From contig CAXXVS010000003.1 in NCBI GenBank assembly GCA_963674755.2, forward strand, positions 2,496,001 through 2,560,000: 64,000 bases of DNA, read 5' to 3'. Positions 1 through 9,091 of the stretch are shown in pieces (the stretch's first letter is position 1; each line of letters starts with the position of its first letter). The translations under genes and the position numbers were made by a program. This DNA comes from Desulfobacterales bacterium (GTDB taxonomy: Bacteria > Desulfobacterota > Desulfobacteria > Desulfobacterales > UBA5852). The notes under the pieces are model-generated. The model did not search any database, was not told where the DNA came from, and was given only the letters and a program-made list of their open reading frames with translations.

Positions 1-113
1 TTTTATGCCCCGTGTTAGATGTTGAGACCTGCCCCCCACATTCCATGCCCCCCCCATTCCACTTGCTGGAGTTGCCCGCGACCGGCACCTAAGTCATCCA
101 AAGGAAGTGTACA

Positions 114-314
114 ACGATAATAGAAGCTGTTCGTGCTGCATTGCGAGAGTGCTCTGATAAATCGCACGCCAAAGTACTCCAGCGTTTTTTCAAGACCGGT
201 CCCGGTGAATACGGGGAAGGCGACCAGTTTATAGGCGTCCGGGTCCCTGCAATGAGGAGCGTTGCGCGAAGATACCGGGACTTGTCCTTGACCGACAGGC
301 TCAACAGTATTTGA
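114..314 (+). pseudogene. 5' fragment of a DNA alkylation repair protein (AlkD-like)
   Basis: Frame reads [52 protein letters not shown], then TGA at 312-314. [21 protein letters not shown] is the typical N-terminus of this family. No ATG (ACG at 114 downstream of AAGGA). Confidence 0.7.
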
Positions 315-384
315 AAGGTACGATCAAAGGCCGGAAGTAGAAAACTGAAATTCAGCAATCACCAGGAAGCGGCTGTCCATATTT

Positions 385-493
385 TGCGCCAGATCGATGT
401 TCCGTTACATTCCACATCGACTGGTGAGTATACATAGCAATGCGTTTGGGTGGGACGCTCGCTTCGCTGGCGTCCACAACTTTAATGTTAGAA
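385..493 (+). mobile_element. Two adjacent degenerate integron attC-like hairpins
   Basis: CCAG-A-TCGATGT...ACATCGA-CTGG (389-424) is an inverted repeat with one bulged base. ACATAGC..GTGGGACGC-TCGCTTCGCTG-GCGTCCAC-AAC..GTTAGAA (432-493) has a bulged base and ends in a GTTAGAA core. Confidence 0.55.
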
Positions 494-685
494 TTACTCA
501 AAAGTAAATATGAGAATCGATTACGAAAAGGCAAAGCTATCAGATTGTGAAGAAATTTATACCGTTAGGGCATCAACATTTTGCAAAATCAGCCTATGCA
601 AAAATTATCTGCCAGCTATGACAGAGGTTTGTCGTTGTGGGTTAGACTCAGACGACCACTTTCCGAAAATTGCAGCGTAATCGTG

Positions 686-760
686 TCATAATGTTTGCGG
701 ATTAACTCTGATCCCAAAAGCTGACGCTTTTTTCCCAGGTTAAGCAGAAGCTCTTGTTGA
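686..760 (+). mobile_element. Degenerate attC-like hairpin
   Basis: GCGGATTAAC-T-CTG..AAAAGC-TGAC-GCTTTT..CAG-GTTAA inverted repeat with a bulged base. The terminal core boxes are eroded. Confidence 0.4.
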
Positions 761-845
761 AGTCCGCCTGCGGTCGGCAATGCTGGAGAAGGGGCAGCGC
801 CTCCTTTAGCCCCCTGGATGGCCTCACAGCCGGTTTAACAGTATT

Positions 846-1397
846 TTAGATCCTTCCGGCCGCTACATTCCGGAATACCTGCATGTAAAAATGTTCGCCG
901 GCCTCTACAAACTGCTGTGGCGCGAATGGCAGTTTCCGGATCAGTTCCTCTGGCGAGGACCGCCTTTCGATGGGAGGGCCGAAAGGCGTTTCCTCTTTGT
1001 TTAGATTGACAATGGCCAGCCTCGCCGCCGGCCTTAAAATCCGCTTCACTTCCTTCACGAAGCCCTCGATGCGGGCCTCGGAAAAAATGTGGAATACGGC
1101 CGACAAGTAGACCAGGTCGATGGAAGCGTCTTCCAGCACGGTTGGCCTGGTGATATCTCCCACCAGAACCTCGATATTGGTGTTTTCGACGTCTTTTCTG
1201 AGGTTGGCGATGAACCCCTCATTATTGTCAAGGGCATAGACCTTTCCGCCGGGTCCCACCCGCTGCGAAAATTTTAGCGCCATATAGCCGCTGCCACAGC
1301 CCGCATCAAGAATGGTCTGCCCGGCACCAATGTCCAAACAGGCCAAGATCCGTTCATCGTCTAACAACCCCTCTGAAAATTTGCGTGTCTTTTGCAT
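846..1397 (-). CDS. Class I SAM-dependent methyltransferase
   Basis: ILDAGCGSG motif I, KVYALD and SIDLV motifs. ATG at 1397 preferred over TTG at 1415. Confidence 0.85.
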   Translation of the reverse strand: MQKTRKFSEGLLDDERILACLDIGAGQTILDAGCGSGYMALKFSQRVGPGGKVYALDNNEGFIANLRKDVENTNIEVLVGDITRPTVLEDASIDLVYLSAVFHIFSEARIEGFVKEVKRILRPAARLAIVNLNKEETPFGPPIERRSSPEELIRKLPFAPQQFVEAGEHFYMQVFRNVAAGRI

Positions 1398-1421
1398 GTT
1401 ACGAATCCATCCCAATATACT

Positions 1422-1556
1422 TGGTCTTCATATAGCCCATAAGGACAATATATGGTCTATATACGGATCAATTTTACCTTGACGATCTAATTAAAATGCA
1501 TTATCAATGGTTCACTGAAAGATCATTAGGCTGCCTTATGGTCTATATGTGAACCA
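1422..1556 (+). promoter_or_regulatory. hipBA promoter region: four 18-bp imperfect palindromic operators plus a sigma70-like -35
   Basis: TGGTCTTCATATAGCCCA (1422), TGGTCTATATACGGATCA (1453), TGGTTCACTGAAAGATCA (1508), TGGTCTATATGTGAACCA (1539). TTGACG at 1479-1484. Confidence 0.7.
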
Positions 1557-1567
1557 AAGAGATAGGA

Positions 1568-1906
1568 ATGCCAAAATCTGTCACACGCACATACTCACGT
1601 TATAGCCGCGACGCGGTTTCCCTGCTCGGCGCATTGATTCGCGAAGCGCGCAAGGAGCGCAGGATTACCACACAGGAGTTGGCTGATCGTGCCGGTATTT
1701 CCAGAGGATTGCTACAACGCATCGAAAAGGGCAACCCCAAATGTGAAATCGGCGCCGTGTTCGAAGTGGCAACCATTGTGGGCGTCAAACTGTTTGATGC
1801 CGATGAAAGCACACTGACGAATTCCTTGCGTCAAACCAGGGGAAAACTGGCGCTTCTACCCAAATCTGTTCGCAAGAAACCCAAAGCGGTGCACGATGAC
1901 TTCTAA
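1568..1906 (+). CDS. hipB: XRE-family HTH antitoxin (HipB-like)
   Basis: LIREARKERRITTQELADRAGISRGLLQRIEKG HTH_3 pattern. Overlaps the start of the HipA-like gene. Confidence 0.85.
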   Translation: MPKSVTRTYSRYSRDAVSLLGALIREARKERRITTQELADRAGISRGLLQRIEKGNPKCEIGAVFEVATIVGVKLFDADESTLTNSLRQTRGKLALLPKSVRKKPKAVHDDF

Positions 1907-3155
1907 GCCGGAGAAAGAAGCCTTCGTCTGGATATGGCTGCCGGGCGAAACTGAACCTGTCGTGGCCGGACGGCTTGAAGCCGACAACGGCAATATTTTG
2001 TTCAACTATGGTAAAAGCTATCTGAATCGTATCGGCGACACCAACCCTGCGATAGCCATCTACGAACCTGAATTGCCGCTAAAGGGGGGGGGGCTGCCCT
2101 TGCCCGAGGGCTTGGTCATGCCCGGCTGCATCAGGGATGCCGCGCCCGATGCGTGGGGCCGGCGTGTGATTATCAACAAGATGTTCGGGCTCAAAGGCGC
2201 CGGCACAGATACAGCCGTGCTGGATGAACTGACCTTCCTGCTGGAGTCTGGCTCGGACCGGATCGGTGCGCTCGATTTTCAGCGCTCCCCCACAGAATAT
2301 GTGCCGCGTACCGCAGACAATGTCGGCATGGAAGCATTAATGGCATCTGCGGAAAGGGTCGAAAAGGGCTTGCCCCTTACACCTGAGCTGGATCAGGCTT
2401 TGTTCCATGGCAGCTCAATTGGCGGCGCTCGCCCCAAAGCTTTAATTCAAGACCAGGGCCAAAAATACGTGGCCAAGTTTTCTTCCAGCACCGATCTGTA
2501 CAGCGTCGTTAAAGCTGAATTCATCGCCATGCGGTTGGCCCGATTGGCGGGGTTGAATGCTGCGCCCGTAAAGTTGGTCAAGGCGGCCAACAAAGACGTC
2601 CTCCTGATCGAGCGCTTTGACCGCGTGCCGAAAGGTGACAAGTGGGCGCGAAAGGCCATGGTCTCCGCCCTAACGCTTTTTCAATTGGATGACATGATGG
2701 CGCGGTACGCCAGTTATGAAACGCTATCCGAAATTATCCGCCACCGTTTTGCCGATCCGAAGCATACGCTGAAAGAGCTGTTCTCGCGGCTCGTCTTCAA
2801 TATCCTGTGTGGCAATACCGACGATCATGCGCGGAATCATGCAGCCTTTTGGGACGGCAAATCGTTGACCCTGACACCTGCTTATGACATTTGTCCGCAA
2901 GGCCGTGCAGGCAATGAGGCTTCACAGGCCATGCTGATATCTGGCAACAAGAATCTTAGCCAACTCAAAACCTGCCTTGAAACGGCGCATAACTTCCTTC
3001 TTTCCGCGGAGGAAGCCCGCGACATATTTGGCAGCCAAATTTCCGTAATCGAACAAAATTGGGACGCCGTCTGTGAGAATGCTGAGCTGACTAGAGTGGA
3101 TAAGCGACTTTTTTGGAGACGACAGTTTCTAAATCCCTATTCGGTCGAGCAATAG
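1896..3155 (+). CDS. hipA: HipA-family kinase toxin (type II TA)
   Basis: N-terminal coupling domain (PDAWGR), SIGGARPKA P-loop, LLIERFDR, GNTDDHARNH and LTPAYD motifs. Confidence 0.92.
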   Translation: MTSKPEKEAFVWIWLPGETEPVVAGRLEADNGNILFNYGKSYLNRIGDTNPAIAIYEPELPLKGGGLPLPEGLVMPGCIRDAAPDAWGRRVIINKMFGLKGAGTDTAVLDELTFLLESGSDRIGALDFQRSPTEYVPRTADNVGMEALMASAERVEKGLPLTPELDQALFHGSSIGGARPKALIQDQGQKYVAKFSSSTDLYSVVKAEFIAMRLARLAGLNAAPVKLVKAANKDVLLIERFDRVPKGDKWARKAMVSALTLFQLDDMMARYASYETLSEIIRHRFADPKHTLKELFSRLVFNILCGNTDDHARNHAAFWDGKSLTLTPAYDICPQGRAGNEASQAMLISGNKNLSQLKTCLETAHNFLLSAEEARDIFGSQISVIEQNWDAVCENAELTRVDKRLFWRRQFLNPYSVEQ

Positions 3156-3346
3156 GCATTACCTTTCACAGATCTTTTTTCCCCTTCCCGGATTGCAGCA
3201 TTCGGAAAGTCGCATCGGTCAAAACGATCGACGCCCCGATGCGGATAATATGAGATTTAAGGGAATCATCGAGAAGGGATCCGTCCTGCTGCTACGACCT
3301 GGAACGTTGCGGCACAGGCCGCCCGGGCCCCATCAAGCCAAAGCAT

Positions 3347-3829
3347 ATGAAAATTAGAAAAGCATCGGCAGCCGATAAAGAGAAGCTTTCCAAAATGCAC
3401 ATTGCATCCATCCGGAAGCTGTGCGCTGGTCATTATACCCGCCAGCAGATAGACGCCTGGACCGGTGTCCTTGTCCCCTCGGTTTACGAACAGGCATTGC
3501 AGGAAAAGGTGGTCTTGACGGCCTGCGATTCGGGCGAGGATCTGTCGGGGCTCGGGATTCTGGACATTGAAAATAAAGAGCTCAGTACGGTCTATGTTCA
3601 TCCTGATGCCGTCGGAAAGGGTGTTGGATCAGGACTTCTTGAGGTGCTGGAGACGATCGCGCGCAAGAGCGGTCTCATTGACATCACGGTCCATGCCACC
3701 CTCAATGCCAAGGGGTTCTACCGGGCGCACGGCTATTTAGAGCAGGAATTGACGGCGCACCATTTGCCGGACGGGACCAAGCTTGCGTGCAACCGAATGG
3801 TCAAGACGCTGCCGAAGCATGCGGGATGA
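3347..3829 (+). CDS. GNAT N-acetyltransferase
   Basis: VYVHPDAVGKGVGSGLL acetyl-CoA motif A and NAKGFYRAHGY motif B. Confidence 0.88.
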   Translation: MKIRKASAADKEKLSKMHIASIRKLCAGHYTRQQIDAWTGVLVPSVYEQALQEKVVLTACDSGEDLSGLGILDIENKELSTVYVHPDAVGKGVGSGLLEVLETIARKSGLIDITVHATLNAKGFYRAHGYLEQELTAHHLPDGTKLACNRMVKTLPKHAG

Positions 3830-3890
3830 CAGCATAGGTGGTGAGGCAAGGCCCCCGCATGTCGGGTGCTGCACTCATTTAGGTATGAGT

Positions 3891-4829
3891 TCAAGGGTGG
3901 CTGCGGGCGGTCCTGGATTTTGCCAGAATCAGCTCCCCCAGCACGCGCGTGATGGGTGTGTCGATGGGCGGAGCTAAGGTGCCGCCGGCCCGTGCAATCT
4001 CCATATTCAGGAAGCCGATCTCGGTTTCGCGCCCGTTGTTGAGATCCTGGAGGGTGGATATCAACTGCCCGTCGGCGCGGCGGCTGATCAGGAGCAGCTG
4101 ATCCATCAATTCGCGTTCCGCGAAGCGGATGCCGATGGCCGCAGCAACGGCGCTTGCCTCGGCGATAACGGCTTCGGCGATTGCTGCCACACCGGCATCC
4201 CGGTAAAAGATGCCGTTGTCGACACCCAGCAGCGGGCAAATCGAATTGAAGGCCGCATTGATGATCGCCTTTTTCCACGCCTGGGCGGCGATGTTTTCTT
4301 CGTGGCAAAAGCGCAACTCAGGTGTTGTAAGATGATCGACGAGGGCCGGCGCCTTGGCCGGGTTGCCGTGTACCACGCCTAAGGGTGATGCGGCGACTTC
4401 ACGAAAGCGGTATCGATATGGCGCTACGGTCTGACCGGTGGCGTATAAGACGCAGCGATAGATATCCGTAAACCCCGCATCGGCAAACGGCTGCTCCACA
4501 CCGAGACCGTTTTGCATCACGACGAGGGGCAGGGCGGCGAACCGGGTTTTCAGTTTTTCGGCGATCAGCTTGTTCGCCGTAGCTTTGGCGGTGAGGGCCA
4601 CGATGCCGTCATCGACGCGTTTGATCTCCGACAGGGAAACCGTTCCGACCTCCGTTTCCAGCGATTGACCGCCGGGCAGATCGACCTTAACCTCGATGGT
4701 CGCGGGGGCGGCTCCGTCGACACTCGTTCGGACGGCGGTCACCGGGGCGCCTTTGGCCGACAAAAACGCCGCCAGCGGCATCCCGATCGATCCGGACCCG
4801 ATGACATATATTCTCGATGGATCACTCAT
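3891..4829 (-). CDS. Ketopantoate reductase (PanE/ApbA) family protein
   Basis: GSGSIG Rossmann motif, MQNGLG, WKKAIINAAFN, STLQD..GRETEI. Confidence 0.85.
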   Translation of the reverse strand: MSDPSRIYVIGSGSIGMPLAAFLSAKGAPVTAVRTSVDGAAPATIEVKVDLPGGQSLETEVGTVSLSEIKRVDDGIVALTAKATANKLIAEKLKTRFAALPLVVMQNGLGVEQPFADAGFTDIYRCVLYATGQTVAPYRYRFREVAASPLGVVHGNPAKAPALVDHLTTPELRFCHEENIAAQAWKKAIINAAFNSICPLLGVDNGIFYRDAGVAAIAEAVIAEASAVAAAIGIRFAERELMDQLLLISRRADGQLISTLQDLNNGRETEIGFLNMEIARAGGTLAPPIDTPITRVLGELILAKSRTARSHP

Positions 4830-4984
4830 AGCAGCTCCTTATGGTGATGGTTCACCGTCGAAGGGATGGCGAACGATGAAAAATGCCCATGAAACCATCA
4901 TCATGATTGTGATAGAACGCAAGTCGCGAAAAATACGTTGGCCACACGAAAAAAACGAGGCTAGTACCCATCCATAAATAGCAT

Positions 4985-5087
4985 CTTTCGACCCTGACCT
5001 GCGTTCTCCGCGGGTTTAGCGGCTGGGGCGTACTTGGGTACGCCTCGCCGCAAACCCTTGTGCGGCCTTGGTCAGGACCCAAAATCC
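4985..5087. repeat. Intergenic palindromic repeat family A, copy 1 (REP/MITE-like)
   Basis: Near-identical to 44552-44656. Terminal CCTGACC/GGTCAGG stem and inner GGCGTAC/GTACGCC hairpin. Confidence 0.85.
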
Positions 5088-5124
5088 GTCATCTCTGGAC
5101 GGGCACGAGGATTGGAAAATACCG

Positions 5125-5535
5125 ATGAAACACACCGGATCATGTCTTTGCGGCCAGGTGGTTTTCGAGATAGAGGGCGATTTTGAGCGATTCCTGCTTT
5201 GCCATTGCGAGCGTTGCCGTAAAGACACGGGCTCCGCCCATGCGGCCAATCTGTTTTCGTCCACGGCCAAACTGAAATGGGTGTCGGGCCAAAATAGCGT
5301 GAAAGTCCATAACTTCAAATCGACCGGGCACATCAAAAGCTTTTGTGCGGATTGCGGCTCAGCGCTCCCCAATATCCAGATGGATGGAACCCTGCTGGTC
5401 GTCCCGGCGGGGTGTCTCGACAGCGACGTCCCCATTCAGCCCCAAGGCCATATCTATTTTGCCAACCGGGCCAACTGGGACAACGACCTGGAGAAAGTGC
5501 CCCGCTTCGACCAACTGCCGGACGAAAGCGAATAG
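5125..5535 (+). CDS. GFA (CENP-V-like) Zn-binding protein
   Basis: GSCLCG, CHCERCRK and FCADCGS cysteine motifs. Confidence 0.9.
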   Translation: MKHTGSCLCGQVVFEIEGDFERFLLCHCERCRKDTGSAHAANLFSSTAKLKWVSGQNSVKVHNFKSTGHIKSFCADCGSALPNIQMDGTLLVVPAGCLDSDVPIQPQGHIYFANRANWDNDLEKVPRFDQLPDESE

Positions 5536-5583
5536 GATCCGAGGGCGGGATTCGTGCGGCGCTTTAGTCACTTTCGATATAAG

Positions 5584-5860
5584 CCCTCCACCTCTGGTGG
5601 AGGACCCGGAGCGGTTCTACCGATCCGGGGTGGCTTTACATCAATTGTTTTCTTCATTTTCTTGCACGTGCAAGAAAACGGAAGCAATCACGCCTCGGCG
5701 TGACAGGCTTCAAACGCCCGTGTCCCGCTCAACCCTGCGCGTCGTCGACACGGCCGGAGCGCGCGGAAACTCGCTTCGCTCAAACAGTCCGCGCGTTTTT
5801 TTCCGGCCGCATCGCCGATGCTCGGCGCGGGACAAAGGGAAATTCAAAACCAAAACCTCA
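5584..5860. repeat. Long structured intergenic repeat family B, copy 1
   Basis: Highly similar to 27944-28245. Contains the perfect palindrome TTTTCTTGCACGTGCAAGAAAA and several other hairpins. Confidence 0.85.
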
Positions 5861-5937
5861 AAAACTGTTTTCCAGCCCCCTTCGAGGGGGCTTCCTGAGG
5901 CCTCCCGCTAAGCGGGAGGAGGCTCACCCCCGGTCTG

Positions 5938-6894
5938 TCAGACCGGAAAGGGCTGCAGGAGGATCAGCAATCCGCTGATCGTGAAGAACGAGCAGATGGT
6001 GGTGACCAGCATGGCCGCCGCGGCGAGCTCTTCCCGACCGTAGATCTGGGCCAGAATCGTATAGATGCTCATGGTCGGCATGGCGGCCAGGAGGACCGCG
6101 GCCGTTCTCAGCGGCGCTGCCATCATGGGGAGCCCCGCCAGGGACAGGAGCTGAATGGCCGCCAGGACGGCCAGCGGGTGAAAGACCAGCTTGCCCAGTA
6201 CAATCGGTGCCACGCGTTTGCCGAGGCCCTGCATGGGCAGCCCGACCAGGGCGCCGCCGATCACAAACAGGGCCAGGGCCCCGCTGGCCGGGGCCAGAAT
6301 GCCGACGGTTTGGACCAGGGCCGCGGGCAATTGCCACCCGGCAAGGGACACCCCGAATCCGGCAAAGATGCTGATGATGATGGGGTTCGAGACCAGCCGC
6401 CTGAACGAATGGCCAACCACACGGTACCACCGGTCCGGCGTGCCGCAGCTGCGGTCTGCCATGACCAGCAGCAGCGGGATGATAACCAGGTTTTCCACGA
6501 TCATGTTGAGGGCCAGGGCCACGGCGGAAATGGGCGCCATGGTCAGCAGGAGGATCGGATAGCCGACAAAGGCGCTGTTGGAACAGGACATGCCCATGGC
6601 ATAGATGGTGCTGGTGGTTGCATCCTGTCCGGCCAAACGCCGGGACCAGAAATAGCCGCTGCCGAGCAGGCTCAGCGTGCCGGTTGCGTAGGCCAGCAGA
6701 TAACGGCTGTCGAGAATTTCGCCAATCGGACGTTGCGACAAGGACTTGAACAGCAGGGCCGGCAAGGCAAAACTGACCACAAATTTCCCGAGAACCCCCA
6801 TGTCCGCCTTGGTGAACCGGCCCAGACGGGTTGCGGCAAAACCAATTGCAATGATGATGTAGATGGGGCCGGTTATGGAGAGAATGTCAAGCAT
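5938..6894 (-). CDS. AEC (auxin efflux carrier/malonate-type) family transporter
   Basis: About 10 hydrophobic segments. FALPALLF, SNSAFVGYPI and AAMPT motifs. Confidence 0.88.
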   Translation of the reverse strand: MLDILSITGPIYIIIAIGFAATRLGRFTKADMGVLGKFVVSFALPALLFKSLSQRPIGEILDSRYLLAYATGTLSLLGSGYFWSRRLAGQDATTSTIYAMGMSCSNSAFVGYPILLLTMAPISAVALALNMIVENLVIIPLLLVMADRSCGTPDRWYRVVGHSFRRLVSNPIIISIFAGFGVSLAGWQLPAALVQTVGILAPASGALALFVIGGALVGLPMQGLGKRVAPIVLGKLVFHPLAVLAAIQLLSLAGLPMMAAPLRTAAVLLAAMPTMSIYTILAQIYGREELAAAAMLVTTICSFFTISGLLILLQPFPV

Positions 6895-7252
6895 GGGCTT
6901 TCAGCAATTCCGTAGAGTAGATGATTCCGGGTGGTCGGACCCGGTCGTCATTTTTAAGTTGTTCGACCGGCTCTCGATTCGGGCCTGCTTGCCGATGGTC
7001 TTGCCATTTTAACTACAAAACGGGCCGTGCCAAGTTATTTGTCGGGTATTGTCGATGAATTTTTCTGAAAGGTGCATTTAAAGCTTCCGAAAATGTAAAA
7101 TGGATCGCGCTTTAATGGGCGGCCTGATGACCTCCTATGACCTTTTGCGCGGCCCGCCCGTTAACCGGAGCGGAAAGTTTGAAACATCTCTTGAATATTA
7201 AAGGCATCGTCAAGTTCAACATATTGCAAAAAAGGTTCTTGATGAACTGCGC

Positions 7253-7885
7253 ATGCGTATTTCTGAAGAGGATACAGAGTATTCCATTGCTGAAAAGGCG
7301 ACGGCGCTTCTTTCGGCCAAGGGCATTCGTGATACATGGTATTATGATTGCCCGGCGCTTGTATTGCTGGGGGCGCGAAGCTGTTTGTCAATTTCGGGCC
7401 GAGCGTATGTACCGGGCCGCCGTGAGCAAGTTGGAAAACATAACTTGGTAACCGTCGATTTGAGCCCATCGATCGATAATGTCTGGGGTGACTGCGCCCG
7501 TAGTTTTTATATCGAAGATGGCCATTGCCGAAACATGCCCCGGACGCACGCGTTTTCAGTGGGGGCAATGTTTCAAGGGCGGTTGCATAAATCGCTTTTG
7601 GATTTCGCAACCCCGGCCACCACTTTTGAAGAACTCTACCGCTTCGGTAATACCCAAATTGAGGCGGCCGGATTTCAGAATCTGGATTTTCGTAAAAATC
7701 TGGGACATAGCATTGCAAGCCGCACCAAAGATCGCTGTTTCATTGAAGACGGCAATACACGTTGCCTTGGAGAGATTGCCTTATTCACCTTCGAACCGCA
7801 CATCCGGTTTAAAGAAGGCCCGTGGGGATTCAAGCATGAGAATATCTACTTCTTTGATCAAAATGGCCATCTTGAAGAGCTCTGA
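7253..7885 (+). CDS. M24 (aminopeptidase P/MetAP-fold) family protein; 5' end possibly frameshifted
   Basis: VDLSP..WGDCAR, NLGHSI, FTFEPH and KHEN metal-ligand pattern. Confidence 0.75.
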   Translation: MRISEEDTEYSIAEKATALLSAKGIRDTWYYDCPALVLLGARSCLSISGRAYVPGRREQVGKHNLVTVDLSPSIDNVWGDCARSFYIEDGHCRNMPRTHAFSVGAMFQGRLHKSLLDFATPATTFEELYRFGNTQIEAAGFQNLDFRKNLGHSIASRTKDRCFIEDGNTRCLGEIALFTFEPHIRFKEGPWGFKHENIYFFDQNGHLEEL

Positions 7886-7956
7886 GCATCGGTCCTGAGG
7901 GACCGCTAGTGATCGATGCCCCGCAACCGCCAATTTGAATCCAGAGGGGAAATCTT

Positions 7957-8460
7957 GTGACAGAAGTGGAAACGCTGGAGATCAGCCGGGCGACCGAGGA
8001 CGATCTTGAAGGCATCCTGGAATTGCAGGCCGCCAATCAGGCCGAAAAGGGCGGTCGTTTGTCGGTCAGTCTGCCGCGTTCCCAGATTTTGGCCATGATG
8101 GGGGCTATGCCGCTTCTGGTTGCACGGCGCCGGGGCCGCGTGATCGGTTTTCTCATGACGAGCACGCGGGCGATGAATGCCGATATCCCCATCATCAATG
8201 CGATGCTCGCGGCTTACGATCACCAGGATGACGCCTATGTTTACGGCCCCATCTGCGTCGATGTGGACGCGCGCGGCCAGGGCATCGCGCAAGCCATGTT
8301 CACCGAATTGCGACGCTTGCAACCGGGGCGCGAGGGCGTGCTCTTCGTCCGGCGGGACAACACCGCCTCCCTGCGCGCCCACGCAAAAATGGCAATGCGC
8401 GAGGTGGGCTCCTTCGCGTTCAGGGGCATGGATCATGCTGTTTTTTCTTATGTCGGTTGA
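7957..8460 (+). CDS. GNAT N-acetyltransferase
   Basis: ICVDVDARGQGIAQAMF motif A and DNTASLRAHAK motif B. Confidence 0.85.
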   Translation: MTEVETLEISRATEDDLEGILELQAANQAEKGGRLSVSLPRSQILAMMGAMPLLVARRRGRVIGFLMTSTRAMNADIPIINAMLAAYDHQDDAYVYGPICVDVDARGQGIAQAMFTELRRLQPGREGVLFVRRDNTASLRAHAKMAMREVGSFAFRGMDHAVFSYVG

Positions 8461-8860
8461 CGTGCAGCACAAGGGAGCAGGAGAAGCGCGATTGCGCTAA
8501 CCCGGATTCTTCTCATGTTGCCCCAACACGGCCGTCAATCGGACCGCCCCAGGGCGACACTTTGGCAGACGCTTCGATCCGTGCGACAGCTTTTCCGCAA
8601 ACCACCGCCAATCAAAAGAACCGATCATTCGGCCCCGTCCCGACGGGCTGATCTGAAACACGGCATGTTCCCATGGCACAAGCCGGACCATCTGCGTTGG
8701 GAAATGCAAGGCCTTGTATTCTAAACCTTATGGTTTGATTCGTCGAACGATGCATGCTAACTTTTTCACATTCATGCTGCGATTTCGGCAAGAGATCCAA
8801 TGCCGTCCCATTTCCTGGAATCCATCGAATGCTGAGGGGTGCTCAAGTCAGAGAGGTGCG

Positions 8861-9091
8861 ATGAAGCGGTTTGCGTTGGGCCATCAATGCCCGTCCTGTT
8901 ATCAATTCTTCCGGTATCGGATCCGCCGCCATTTTTTTATGCGCCTTATACCGGGATCACGGCACTACCTTTGTGACTATTGCGGCTGCACATCGCTTTC
9001 TTTATTCAAGCGGGCATCCATTCGGATGGGGCGCTTTCCCATTGGGAAAATAAAAGCCGTTCTCGATGCAGCCAAAACCAGGACGGAATGA
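8861..9091 (+). CDS. Small basic zinc-ribbon-like protein (hypothetical)
   Basis: GAGAGGT RBS before the ATG. Two CxxC pairs (CPSC, CDYC). Confidence 0.55.
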   Translation: MKRFALGHQCPSCYQFFRYRIRRHFFMRLIPGSRHYLCDYCGCTSLSLFKRASIRMGRFPIGKIKAVLDAAKTRTE

